A DNA stretch of 64,000 nt, taken from the NCBI GenBank assembly GCA_003534295.1, contig DPDV01000013.1:10286-74285 (forward strand). The letters are read 5' to 3'. Within the stretch, counting starts at the first letter, position 1. The number at the start of each line of letters is the position of its first letter. Below are positions 8,456 through 17,365 of the stretch, piece after piece. Both the position numbers and the translations under genes were made by a program. Below the pieces are notes generated by a model. It searched no databases, was not told the origin of the DNA, and was given only the letters and a program-made list of their open reading frames with translations. This stretch comes from Clostridiales bacterium. GTDB lineage: Bacteria; Bacillota; Clostridia; TANB77; CAG-508.

Positions 8456-10034
8456 ATGAAAGTAGTTGGATATTGTAGATTAAGTAGAGATGAGGATAAA
8501 GAAAATTATGCAAGCATAGAGGAACAAAAAATTATACTACAAGATTATGCTATGTCTAGAGGTTGGAAAATATTAGACCGTGATTTTTATATAGATGATA
8601 ATTTTTCAGGTTATACACTAGATAGACCAAAATTTTCAAAAATGTTAAGAAAGGTGCAAAGAGGAGATATAGATGTTGTTTTAGCAAAAGACCTTTCTAG
8701 AATTGGAAGAAATAATGGAAAAGTATTAGTATTAATTGATGAGTTCAAAGCTATGCAGAAAAATTTAATTTTAGTATCAGAAATGGGAGGGTGTTATGAT
8801 GTTCTAAATGATAGGGATGACACTATTGGTATTACAACTTGGTATAATGAAAGATATGTAAAAGATTGTTCAAAGAAAACAAGAGATCATATGCTTTCAA
8901 AACAAAAAACAGGTAGATTAATAATGGGAAATTACTATGGTTATGTGAAAGATCCAGATGACATTACAAAATTGACTGTTGATGAAGAAATAAGACCTGT
9001 AATTGAATTAGTTTTTAAATTATATATAGATGGAAATGGAATGAAAAAAATAAGTAATATACTGAATGAAAACTATAATTATCCAACGCCATCAGTATAT
9101 TATCAAAAAAAACATTTACAAAGAGGTCGTATATACAAACACCCAGTTCAAGAGTTATGGTCAGATTATATGATAAAGAACATCATAGGTAATGATGTGT
9201 ACTGTGGAACATTAAGAACTCATAAAAAGAAAACAATCTCGATTAGAGGAAAAGCTATAAAATTGCCTGAAAGTGAGCATTTTGTTTTTGAGAATCATCA
9301 TGAGGCTATAGTTTCAAAAGAGACCTTTCAATCAGCAAATGACATAAGAAATCGAAGAGCAACAATGAATCGTCAATGTGGTAAACCTAAAAGAAATTAT
9401 TTCTTTGGAGGATTATGCAGGTGCGCTGAGTGTGGTATGTCAGCATCTGGAATGGTACTTAGGAGAAAAAATAACGCTAAGGCTTATGAATGTAATGATT
9501 ATAAGAAATATGGAACTAAAAGATGTAAAGGACATGAAATTCTTGAAGAAGATATGTGGTTTCAATTTAAAGATTTTTTAAAGAATACTAAAAAAGTTTA
9601 TTTAGATGAAATAAAAAAAATCAATGTACAAAATAAAAAGAAGAAAATGCAGTCCAATAGAAAGAAAATACAGCTCGAACTAGAACAAGCTAATTTAGAA
9701 TACAAAATGATTCTAACTCAGAAAATAAAAGATATAGCTACTCGGACAGAACCCAGAGCAAAATCAAATTATAGTTGATACATATAATAAATTAGAGCAA
9801 GAAAAAATGAATACTATTATTAAATTACAAAAGACACTAGAAAAAGAAGAAGAGGAAATAATTAATGAAAAATTAGAAGAAATTCATACAGCAATAGATT
9901 ATTTTGACGAAATAATCAAAGCAAAAGAGCCAAATAGAGCAATACTAGAAGCTTTAATTGATACAGTATGGATAAATCACGACAAATCTGTAAGATTTGA
10001 CTTAAAACCAGATATTAAATCATTAATTTTATAA
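8456..10034 (+). pseudogene. Large serine recombinase, reading frame broken at in-frame CGG 9743-9745
   Basis: Catalytic N-terminus GYCRLSRDED and a zinc ribbon (CRCAECG...YECNDYKKYGTKRCKGH). The 0-frame stops at 9776-9778. Skipping C9743 gives GQNPEQNQIIVDTYNKLEQEKMNT..., colinear with the intact paralog at 24904..26469 to the shared end KPDIK.LI. Confidence 0.8.
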
Positions 10035-10046
10035 ATTCAAATATAT

Positions 10047-10078
10047 CAATCTAACACATCAAAAGGTGTGTTAGATTG
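10047..10078 (+). terminator. Hairpin terminator after recombinase 1
   Basis: CAATCTAACACA-TCAAAAGG-TGTGTTAGATTG, followed by T-rich sequence. Confidence 0.45.
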
Positions 10079-10151
10079 ATTAAATTTTATTCTAAAAAAT
10101 TTGTCTGATATAGTAATATTGTTTATATACATCAGATAAAAAAATTCCTAC

Positions 10152-10181
10152 GGTATGGAACATACCCCCGTATGAGCATAC
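10152..10181. other. att-like array of alternating GTATG/CATAC half-sites
   Basis: GGTATG-gaa-CATAC-cccc-GTATG-ag-CATAC. It contains TACCCCCGTATG (10163-10174), which is identical to 27968-27979. Confidence 0.45.
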
Positions 10182-10548
10182 AATTTGGGAAAATATCAGA
10201 AACGCTTGCTATTGCATAACATTTCTTTAATCGATAACTTACTCTAAAATGAATAAAAATTGCCACAAAATCGATCGTGAGGCGATTGATTAGGAAGGTT
10301 TAGCAATCATAATTAAAGATGAGTGGATATTCCAAGTTTTTTTACAACACTTACTCACATCAAAATATATTGTATCATAAAAAAGTGAAAAAATAAATAA
10401 CTTTTGGCGTTTTTGCACTTTTAGTGCAAAATTTAATAAAAAATTGCACCAAAAGTACAATAGTAATTTAAGAAATTTTATGTTATAAAATTCTTATAAT
10501 TATATTAATGATAGGAAAATATATTAAATTTTACAAAGGAGGTTAATC

Positions 10549-11385
10549 TTGAAAAAAACAGTTATAACAATTGCAATTACAGCACTTTTAACAGCAGTAT
10601 TAATGATAAGTGGATATTTTATCTATACTAAAATAATTAATAAAGACAATAATGCAAATAGTAATATGACAAAAAAGAATGATAACAATTCTGAAAATGT
10701 TGAAAATTAAATACCAAATGACATTAAGAATATTAGTTTAGAAGAATGGAGAAAAGTAATAGCTCTTTTCTATAAAGAGCATTATGGCTATAAACCAGAC
10801 AACATAACTTGTACAGAAGTAGGACCCAATATAATATATGTAACAATATATCATAATACAGAATTAGTGGCAGAATACACTCTTGATGCAGAAACAGGAA
10901 TTGCATCAAGTCCAACAGAAAGAACAGCAAATTTCTTTAAAGGAATATTTTTAGATAACTTATCAACAAAAGTTAATTTTAAAAATAATGAATGTATTGC
11001 AATAGGATATATAGAAAAGGGAAAAGAAGCACAAATTAAAGAAAAATACTTTAATTCTGATATTGAATATGAATCTTTAACAACTGTTGTAGAAGGAGAT
11101 GAATATCAATTTATAGTCATTCCAAAAAGTTTAGATGCCACATTAAGAATTTGGAAATATAATGTATCAGAAAATGGAGAACTATATTCTGAAGAATTAT
11201 TATTAGAAGCAGTAGGAACACCACTATTAATAGAAACACAATGTACAGAAGTGTTTCCAAGAGTTGGTGTAGAATATGAATTTGGCGATACAAAATTTAC
11301 CATACCACTAATGATTAGTGGTATGGATGGAAAATTTACAATAACTGATTATAAAAACCTAGTGAAAGACATATCAATATATTAG
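10549..11385 (+). pseudogene. Membrane-anchored hypothetical protein interrupted by an in-frame TAA
   Basis: The TTG at 10549 lies 6 nt after AAAGGAGG and encodes a TM anchor (KKTVITIAITALLTAVLMISGYFIY). A TAA at 10708-10710 is in the same frame as the open sequence IPNDIKNISLEEWRKV... that leads into the track ORF 10867..11385. Confidence 0.5.
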
Positions 11386-11494
11386 TTTTTAATTTGAAAT
11401 TATTATAAAAAAGGTGGTGGAAAAGTTATAAAAAAATAGAATATTAAAAGCTATCAAAAAAACTTGTACAAACGTATATTTTAGGAGGAAAAAA

Positions 11495-12517
11495 ATGAAT
11501 AAAAAAATAATTCTTTCAGTATTAGCAATTTTAATTAGCATATGCTTAATACTAACAGGTTGTGGTAAAAACAAAGAAGATGAAAACAAAGAAATAGCAA
11601 AATTAGTTGATGAATATGCTCCTTTTGAATTTACAATTAAATATCCAAAAGATGCAGGATATAAATTCGAAGCAGATTTAGAAAATACACCATATGTAGC
11701 AGGTAAACTTATAAACGAAGAAAAAAATATCAAAATTTCATTTAATTTTTCAAAAACATATGAAAGTTCAATGAAAAAAGAAAAAGAGAATAAGTCTAGC
11801 CAAGAAAATTATGCGGAAACAAATTATACTAAATTAGGTGGATATGAGTATTATGATAAATTCAACTATTATGGAGTAAGCTTATTAAACAAAAATGAAG
11901 AAGGTAGTTGCTTACAAGTTATAGTCAAAATAAGTAAAAACAAAAATAATGGAGCAAAATTAGATGTAACAGAATTTGCAAAAACAGAAGAATTAAAAAA
12001 TATCTTAAGTTCTATGACATTAAATGATAAGATAGAAGGTAAAAAAGTTGATGGAATAATATCATCAAACCATAAATTAATAGTAAAAAACCTAGAAAAT
12101 CCAGACGAAAGCAAGTATTATGTTAATCAATATCCAGATACAAATGGTGTAAAAAGCATATATGCCTTAAAAGAAGTAAATAAATACAAAGGAGAAGGAG
12201 CATCTTTCAGACTAACATATTATGGAAATGAAGGAAACTACAAAGATTTAGATACATGTCTTGCATACCAAGAAAAAACATTCAAAATGAAATTTGAAGA
12301 TTATACATTATTTGGACAAAAAGTTAAAGTAGATGTATCAAGACACGCAATAGGAGAAAGTTCATCACCAGAAAAATACAAAACTTGGATAGCAGGTTAT
12401 TTTGAAAAAGATGGAAAAGTATATGATTTTCTATATATTCAGTATGTTGGGGTAGATGATAGTCTTGGAGAAAAATTAGTTAATAATGTATTAAATAATT
12501 TTACAATACAAGAATAA
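11495..12517 (+). CDS. Lipoprotein
   Basis: Signal peptide with lipobox LILTGC. Strong RBS. Confidence 0.7.
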   Translation: MNKKIILSVLAILISICLILTGCGKNKEDENKEIAKLVDEYAPFEFTIKYPKDAGYKFEADLENTPYVAGKLINEEKNIKISFNFSKTYESSMKKEKENKSSQENYAETNYTKLGGYEYYDKFNYYGVSLLNKNEEGSCLQVIVKISKNKNNGAKLDVTEFAKTEELKNILSSMTLNDKIEGKKVDGIISSNHKLIVKNLENPDESKYYVNQYPDTNGVKSIYALKEVNKYKGEGASFRLTYYGNEGNYKDLDTCLAYQEKTFKMKFEDYTLFGQKVKVDVSRHAIGESSSPEKYKTWIAGYFEKDGKVYDFLYIQYVGVDDSLGEKLVNNVLNNFTIQE

Positions 12518-12546
12518 TGAAATAATAGGAAGAGAGGGAATTAAAT

Positions 12547-13725
12547 ATGGGATTTATTAAAGCATTTACAGGAGCATTAGGAGGAACATTTGCGGATCAA
12601 TGGAAGGATTTTATTGTACCAAGAAGTGATGTGCCAGCAACAGCAGCAATTTTTGGAGCTGAAAGAAGAGGAACAGATAGTGGAAGAGGATCAAATACAA
12701 AAGGATCAGAAAACATAATAACAAATGGAAGTAAAATAGTAGTACCTGAAGGAACAGCATTACTTACATTCCAAGACGGAGCAATAACAGGATGCGTAAC
12801 AGAACCAGGTGGCTTTATATATTCATCAGATGATCAAAATTCACAATCATTTTTAGCAGGAGATGGATTCTTTTCATCAACCCTAAAAACATCTTGGGAG
12901 AGATTTAAATTTGGTGGAACACCAGGTGGAGAACAAACTGTTATATATGTAAATCTAAAAGAAATACCAGGAAATAGATTTGGAACACAAGCTGAAATTT
13001 ATTGGGATGATGCGTTTTTAGGAACACAGGTTGGAGCTATAACAAGAGGAACATATACAATGAAAATAGTAGATCCAATACTATTTGCAAAAAACTTTGT
13101 TCCAATGGAATATTTAAGACCAGGTGCAGAAGTATTTGATTTTGCTGATATGGATAATCCAGCAGGTGAACAACTATTTAATGAAGTAGTAGGAAGCTTA
13201 TCAGCAGCATTTTCAAACTACACAAATGACCCAAGTAGAGGAAATCGTATATCAAAAATACAAGGAGATCAAATAGGATTTGCTCAAAGTTTATCACAAG
13301 CAGTAGAAGAAGGATATACTTGGAAATCTGGAAGAGGATTAGAAATAGTAAAAGTTGCAATAACAGCAATTGAATATGATGAAGACACGAAGAAACTATT
13401 AAGCGATGTAAAAAAGGCAGATGCTCTATCAGGAGCAAGAGGAAATTCATTTATGCAACAATCAGTTGCTCGTGGTTTCCAAGCAGCTGGAGAAAATGGT
13501 GGAGGAGCTGGAATGGCATTTATGGGAATGGGCATGAATGCTGCTGGAAATGTTATGGGAGGATTCCAACAACCAGTTTACCAACAACCTCAACAGCCTC
13601 AACAACAAACACAACAACAAGAAGATCCTTATGAAAAATTAGCAAAATTAAAAAAACTATTAGATGATGGAGTTATTTCTCAAGAAGAATTTGATGAAGC
13701 AAAGAAAAAACTTTTGGGGGTTTAA
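12547..13725 (+). CDS. SPFH-like (YdjI/virion-core-protein-like) protein with C-terminal SHOCT domain
   Basis: N-terminus MGFIKAFTGALGGTFADQWKDFI, a Q/P-rich linker (QQPVYQQPQQPQQQTQQQ), and a SHOCT-like tail YEKLAKLKKLLDDGVISQEEFDEAKKKLLG. Confidence 0.6.
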   Translation: MGFIKAFTGALGGTFADQWKDFIVPRSDVPATAAIFGAERRGTDSGRGSNTKGSENIITNGSKIVVPEGTALLTFQDGAITGCVTEPGGFIYSSDDQNSQSFLAGDGFFSSTLKTSWERFKFGGTPGGEQTVIYVNLKEIPGNRFGTQAEIYWDDAFLGTQVGAITRGTYTMKIVDPILFAKNFVPMEYLRPGAEVFDFADMDNPAGEQLFNEVVGSLSAAFSNYTNDPSRGNRISKIQGDQIGFAQSLSQAVEEGYTWKSGRGLEIVKVAITAIEYDEDTKKLLSDVKKADALSGARGNSFMQQSVARGFQAAGENGGGAGMAFMGMGMNAAGNVMGGFQQPVYQQPQQPQQQTQQQEDPYEKLAKLKKLLDDGVISQEEFDEAKKKLLGV

Positions 13726-13728
13726 TAA

Positions 13729-15192
13729 ATGAATGAAAATGAAAATGTAGTTGAAAATCAAGAAGAAATATCTCAAGTACAAGAAAATAATGCAACTGTT
13801 ATAAAAACAGATGTAGATGCAAAAGACGGGCAAAACAAATGCCCTAAATGTGGAGCAACAGATATCTCTTTGAACCCCAAAAATGGAAAATTAAGATGTA
13901 ATTTTTGTAGACACGAATTTGAACCAGAAAAACTAGATGCAATGGAAAAAGACATAAGCAAACTAGAAGGAGAAATAGTAGGGTCAGGTGCTACAAATAT
14001 AATAGCAGATACAAATGATATGGTAACATTTAAATGTAGTAGCTGTGGTGCAGAGGTAGTAGTAGATACTGCCAAAGCAACACAAGCCAGGTGTCACTGG
14101 TGTAGAAATACATTATCTGTAAATCAACAAATACCAAATGGTGCAGTACCAGACACAGTATTGCCATTTAGCATTCCTAAAAAAGAAGCAAAGGAAGCAA
14201 TAGAAAAATTTGTTGGTAAAAGAAAATTCTTTGCACATCCAATGTTTAGAAAAGAATTTACAACAGATAACGTAATGGGAGTATATTTACCATATATGAT
14301 AGTTGATGCAAATACACATGCAAATTTAAAAGGACAAGGAGAACATGAAACAAGAAGATGGACAGAAAAAAATGGGGATAGTTATGATACATACTATGAT
14401 GCGGATTTATATGATGTAGAAAGAGATTTTGATTTAACAATAGAAGGATTAACTGTAGAATCAAGCAAAGATAAATTAGATACAGGATCTAAAGATAAAA
14501 CAAACAATATAATCAATTCAATAATGCCATTTGATACAGAAAATTGCGTAAAATGGGATGCAAATTATATAAAAGGATACACATCAGAAAAAAGAGATAC
14601 TAATGTAGAAGAATTAAAAGGTTTAGTCAAAGAGCAATCAAAAGATGTAGCAAGATTTGCAGCTAATAAAACCTTGGAATTTTATGACCGTGGTGTCAGA
14701 TGGGATTCTGAAAATTTAGAAGTGAAAGGACAACAATGGAAATCTGCATATTTACCAGTATGGCTTTACAGCTATCAACAAAAAAAAGGAAATAAGAGTT
14801 TACTTCATTATGTAGCGGTAAATGCAAGAACTAAGGAAACAACGGGAAGTGTTCCAATACATATGCCAAAACTTGTATTGATTTCAGCACTTGTTGAAAT
14901 ATTAGGTATAATTGCAATGATATTCACAAAAACAGATGATAATAATTGGCCATGGCTATTTTTATTAAGTGGTATTATATATTTTTGGTTAATGCATTCA
15001 AGATATAGAAATAGTGGTGCAAGACATAGCCACGAAACAGAAACAAAAACAAATATGACAAATTTAAGAGAATATGATAAATTTGTTACAAAACGAAGAA
15101 GACTTGATAATTCTACAATGGAAGGTGCAAATAACACAAAAATTAAAGGAAATTCAAATAAACTAGATTTTAAAAAGCTTCTTAAGAAATAA
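13729..15192 (+). CDS. Double zinc-ribbon membrane protein (YdjG-like)
   Basis: CPKCG...CNFC and CSSCG...CHWC ribbons, with two C-terminal TM helices (LVLISALVEILGIIAMIF, WLFLLSGIIYFWLM). Confidence 0.55.
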   Translation: MNENENVVENQEEISQVQENNATVIKTDVDAKDGQNKCPKCGATDISLNPKNGKLRCNFCRHEFEPEKLDAMEKDISKLEGEIVGSGATNIIADTNDMVTFKCSSCGAEVVVDTAKATQARCHWCRNTLSVNQQIPNGAVPDTVLPFSIPKKEAKEAIEKFVGKRKFFAHPMFRKEFTTDNVMGVYLPYMIVDANTHANLKGQGEHETRRWTEKNGDSYDTYYDADLYDVERDFDLTIEGLTVESSKDKLDTGSKDKTNNIINSIMPFDTENCVKWDANYIKGYTSEKRDTNVEELKGLVKEQSKDVARFAANKTLEFYDRGVRWDSENLEVKGQQWKSAYLPVWLYSYQQKKGNKSLLHYVAVNARTKETTGSVPIHMPKLVLISALVEILGIIAMIFTKTDDNNWPWLFLLSGIIYFWLMHSRYRNSGARHSHETETKTNMTNLREYDKFVTKRRRLDNSTMEGANNTKIKGNSNKLDFKKLLKK

Positions 15193-15247
15193 AATTAAAA
15201 AAGCTGACATAAAGCAAAAATTTATAAAATTTTAAAGGAGGAATTTT

Positions 15248-16114
15248 ATGGGATTATTTTCAAAAGAGGAGTGTTGCTTCTGTAATAAAAAAGTAGGAAT
15301 GCTATCAAGAAAAAAATTAAGAGATAAGAAATATATATGTAGAGATTGTGAAAAAAATTGTAGTGCATTTATAGATATTTCAAAATTTGATTCAGAATAT
15401 GCAAAGCAACACTTTGAATACATGAAAAAGCAAGATATTTTATACAAACAAGCTTTCGAACCATTAAGCAAAGAAGAAAAACTTAGAACATTTTATCAAT
15501 TTAGCGGTATAGTTTTTGCAGATAGTATAGCGATGTTTGAGGTGATTACTCCAAAAACAGAAAAGAAAAATTTTAAAGAGTTATTCAGATATGATCAAAT
15601 AAAAGATTATGAAATCTATTCTAGTTTAAACAATCAAGAAGGTGGAAAAAAATATTCAGAAGTTGGTGTTCAAATAAACTTATATTGTAAAAATGGAATA
15701 GACAGTGTCGGAATGACAGAACAAGAAAAAGCAATGGCTCATCCATATGTGAAAACAATAAAAATTTGTTATGGAAAAAATGTTAACAGCGATTTATGTG
15801 TAAAAGATCCAATAAACCATTTAGATGAAATCTTTTTAAGAGAGCCACGATTTAAATCATTTGCAAGAGGAATAAAAGAATCATTTACAGGAACAGAAAC
15901 AGAAAGAAGAAATATGAAACAAAGTGTAGATGCAATAAAAGCACTTGGAGGACTTGCAAAGGCTAAGTTAAGTGGAGATGAGAGCAGTATGGAAGCAGCA
16001 AAGGCAAATATGAAAGATACAATTGTTAGCACAGTAAATTTAGCAAGTGGAAATCGACTTAAATATAAAGAAATAGCAGATTCCGTTGAAAAAAGAGTTT
16101 GGAATGAACAATAA
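15248..16114 (+). CDS. Zinc-ribbon protein (DUF4428-like N-terminus)
   Basis: MGLFSKEECCFCNKKVGMLSRKKLRDKKYICRDCEKNC, the typical N-terminal CxxC...CxxC module. Confidence 0.5.
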   Translation: MGLFSKEECCFCNKKVGMLSRKKLRDKKYICRDCEKNCSAFIDISKFDSEYAKQHFEYMKKQDILYKQAFEPLSKEEKLRTFYQFSGIVFADSIAMFEVITPKTEKKNFKELFRYDQIKDYEIYSSLNNQEGGKKYSEVGVQINLYCKNGIDSVGMTEQEKAMAHPYVKTIKICYGKNVNSDLCVKDPINHLDEIFLREPRFKSFARGIKESFTGTETERRNMKQSVDAIKALGGLAKAKLSGDESSMEAAKANMKDTIVSTVNLASGNRLKYKEIADSVEKRVWNEQ

Positions 16115-16129
16115 AGGGGAAAGTATAAT

Positions 16130-16975
16130 ATGGCTAAAAAAATAAAAATTGTAATATATATAATAGTTGTTATTTTTTCGGTTTTTCTAGTAGCAAAAGC
16201 CATAAAACAGGAAAGTGGAGCAAATCCAGAAGTATTAGATAAAGTAGTTATTTTGAATGAAGCAAAAGTACTTCCAGAAAACGAAGGTAAACTTGTTTTA
16301 GTTTCCGGAAAACTTAAAGCAAGTGAAGTATTTAAAGATAATACATTTGGATTAGAACTAGATACATTCAGGGTAAATAAAATAGTAGAGATGTATCAAT
16401 ATAAAGAAGGTAATGATGAAGTTGGTTTTGAATGGAAAGAAAAAGTTGAAAAAAAGTCTATTATATCAGGTTCAGGGGGAATATATAGAAACCCAGAAAA
16501 ATCAATGAGCAGTATAAATAAGTGTGATAAAGCATATTTAGGAGAATTTACTGTTTCAGAAAAATTAACACAAAGAATAAATAACAATGAAAAAGTAGAA
16601 CTACCAGAAATAGAGGGATTTAAGAGAAAAGGTGAATACCTAACAAATTCAAAATGGGGGCCTAGTGTTGGAGATATAAGAATAAAAATGAGCTATGTAA
16701 ATTTAGAAAAATTAGGAGACATATCAATACTTGCTAAACAAGTAGGAGATGGATTTGAAGAGTATAAATTAGATACAGGAGCTTATGCTTTTAATGTATA
16801 TCAAACAAAAATTTCAAACAAAGAAGAACTAGCAAAAGCACTAGAACAAGACAGTAAGAACATGGCTGGTGGAATGATATTCATAATTATAGTACTTATA
16901 ATTATAGGAATAATCCTATTTAGAACTAACATAAAAAATTTAATTGATAAAATTAAAAATAAAACAAGCAAATGA
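16130..16975 (+). CDS. TMEM43-like membrane protein (YdjH-like)
   Basis: One N-terminal and one C-terminal TM helix flank a soluble domain. The gene is packed tightly after the preceding three genes. Confidence 0.45.
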   Translation: MAKKIKIVIYIIVVIFSVFLVAKAIKQESGANPEVLDKVVILNEAKVLPENEGKLVLVSGKLKASEVFKDNTFGLELDTFRVNKIVEMYQYKEGNDEVGFEWKEKVEKKSIISGSGGIYRNPEKSMSSINKCDKAYLGEFTVSEKLTQRINNNEKVELPEIEGFKRKGEYLTNSKWGPSVGDIRIKMSYVNLEKLGDISILAKQVGDGFEEYKLDTGAYAFNVYQTKISNKEELAKALEQDSKNMAGGMIFIIIVLIIIGIILFRTNIKNLIDKIKNKTSK

Positions 16976-17062
16976 AAAGAGAATGGTTTTATGGAAAATA
17001 AAACAAAATATTTAGTAGCAATATTATTAATGCTAAAAAGAAAAATAGAAATGATTTTTTCA

Positions 17063-17180
17063 ATAATAGTTCTATAATTTTATAGAGGCGTCAAAATGTC
17101 GCCTCTATATTTTTCGAGTATCCCACTAAAAACCACGCTTTTAGGCTCTTATTGGGATTCGGGACGTCTCCCTCTTCCTG
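17063..17180 (+). repeat. 118-bp direct repeat, copy 1 (terminator hairpin plus two further hairpins)
   Basis: 112/118 identical to 24255-24372, aligned by hand. All 6 differences are transitions. Confidence 0.85.
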
Positions 17181-17365
17181 TCAAAATTATCCAATGAATA
17201 ATTTTGACAGGATAAATGAGTTTGTGGTATTATATGAATTAGAAAAATAGTAATTTGTTGAAATGGAGGATTGATTATGAAAAAATTAAAAATATGAATA
17301 TTATTAATTATATTAGGAAACTTATTATATTTAGCTTATATATTTTTTTGTAAAGAGGTGTGAAT

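Noticed and set aside
9378-9581. 67-aa alternate-frame ORF inside recombinase 1
   Set aside because: It is embedded in the zinc-ribbon coding region of a homology-supported frame, and it has no RBS.
10417-10460. TTGCACT-TTT-AGTGCAA palindrome plus a third TTGCAC motif upstream of the 10549 gene, a possible operator
   Set aside because: It is short and AT-rich, there is no identifiable cognate regulator nearby, and the downstream gene is itself interrupted. The evidence is too weak to call.
6284-11385. Several in-frame TAA/TAG stops without frameshifts (IS21, 10708, 29765), considered as a possible stop-codon reassignment
   Set aside because: All conserved genes in the window terminate at TAA, TAG or TGA at the expected lengths. 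The interrupted genes are in decaying accessory DNA. Substitution-type pseudogenisation in an AT-rich genome explains the pattern.
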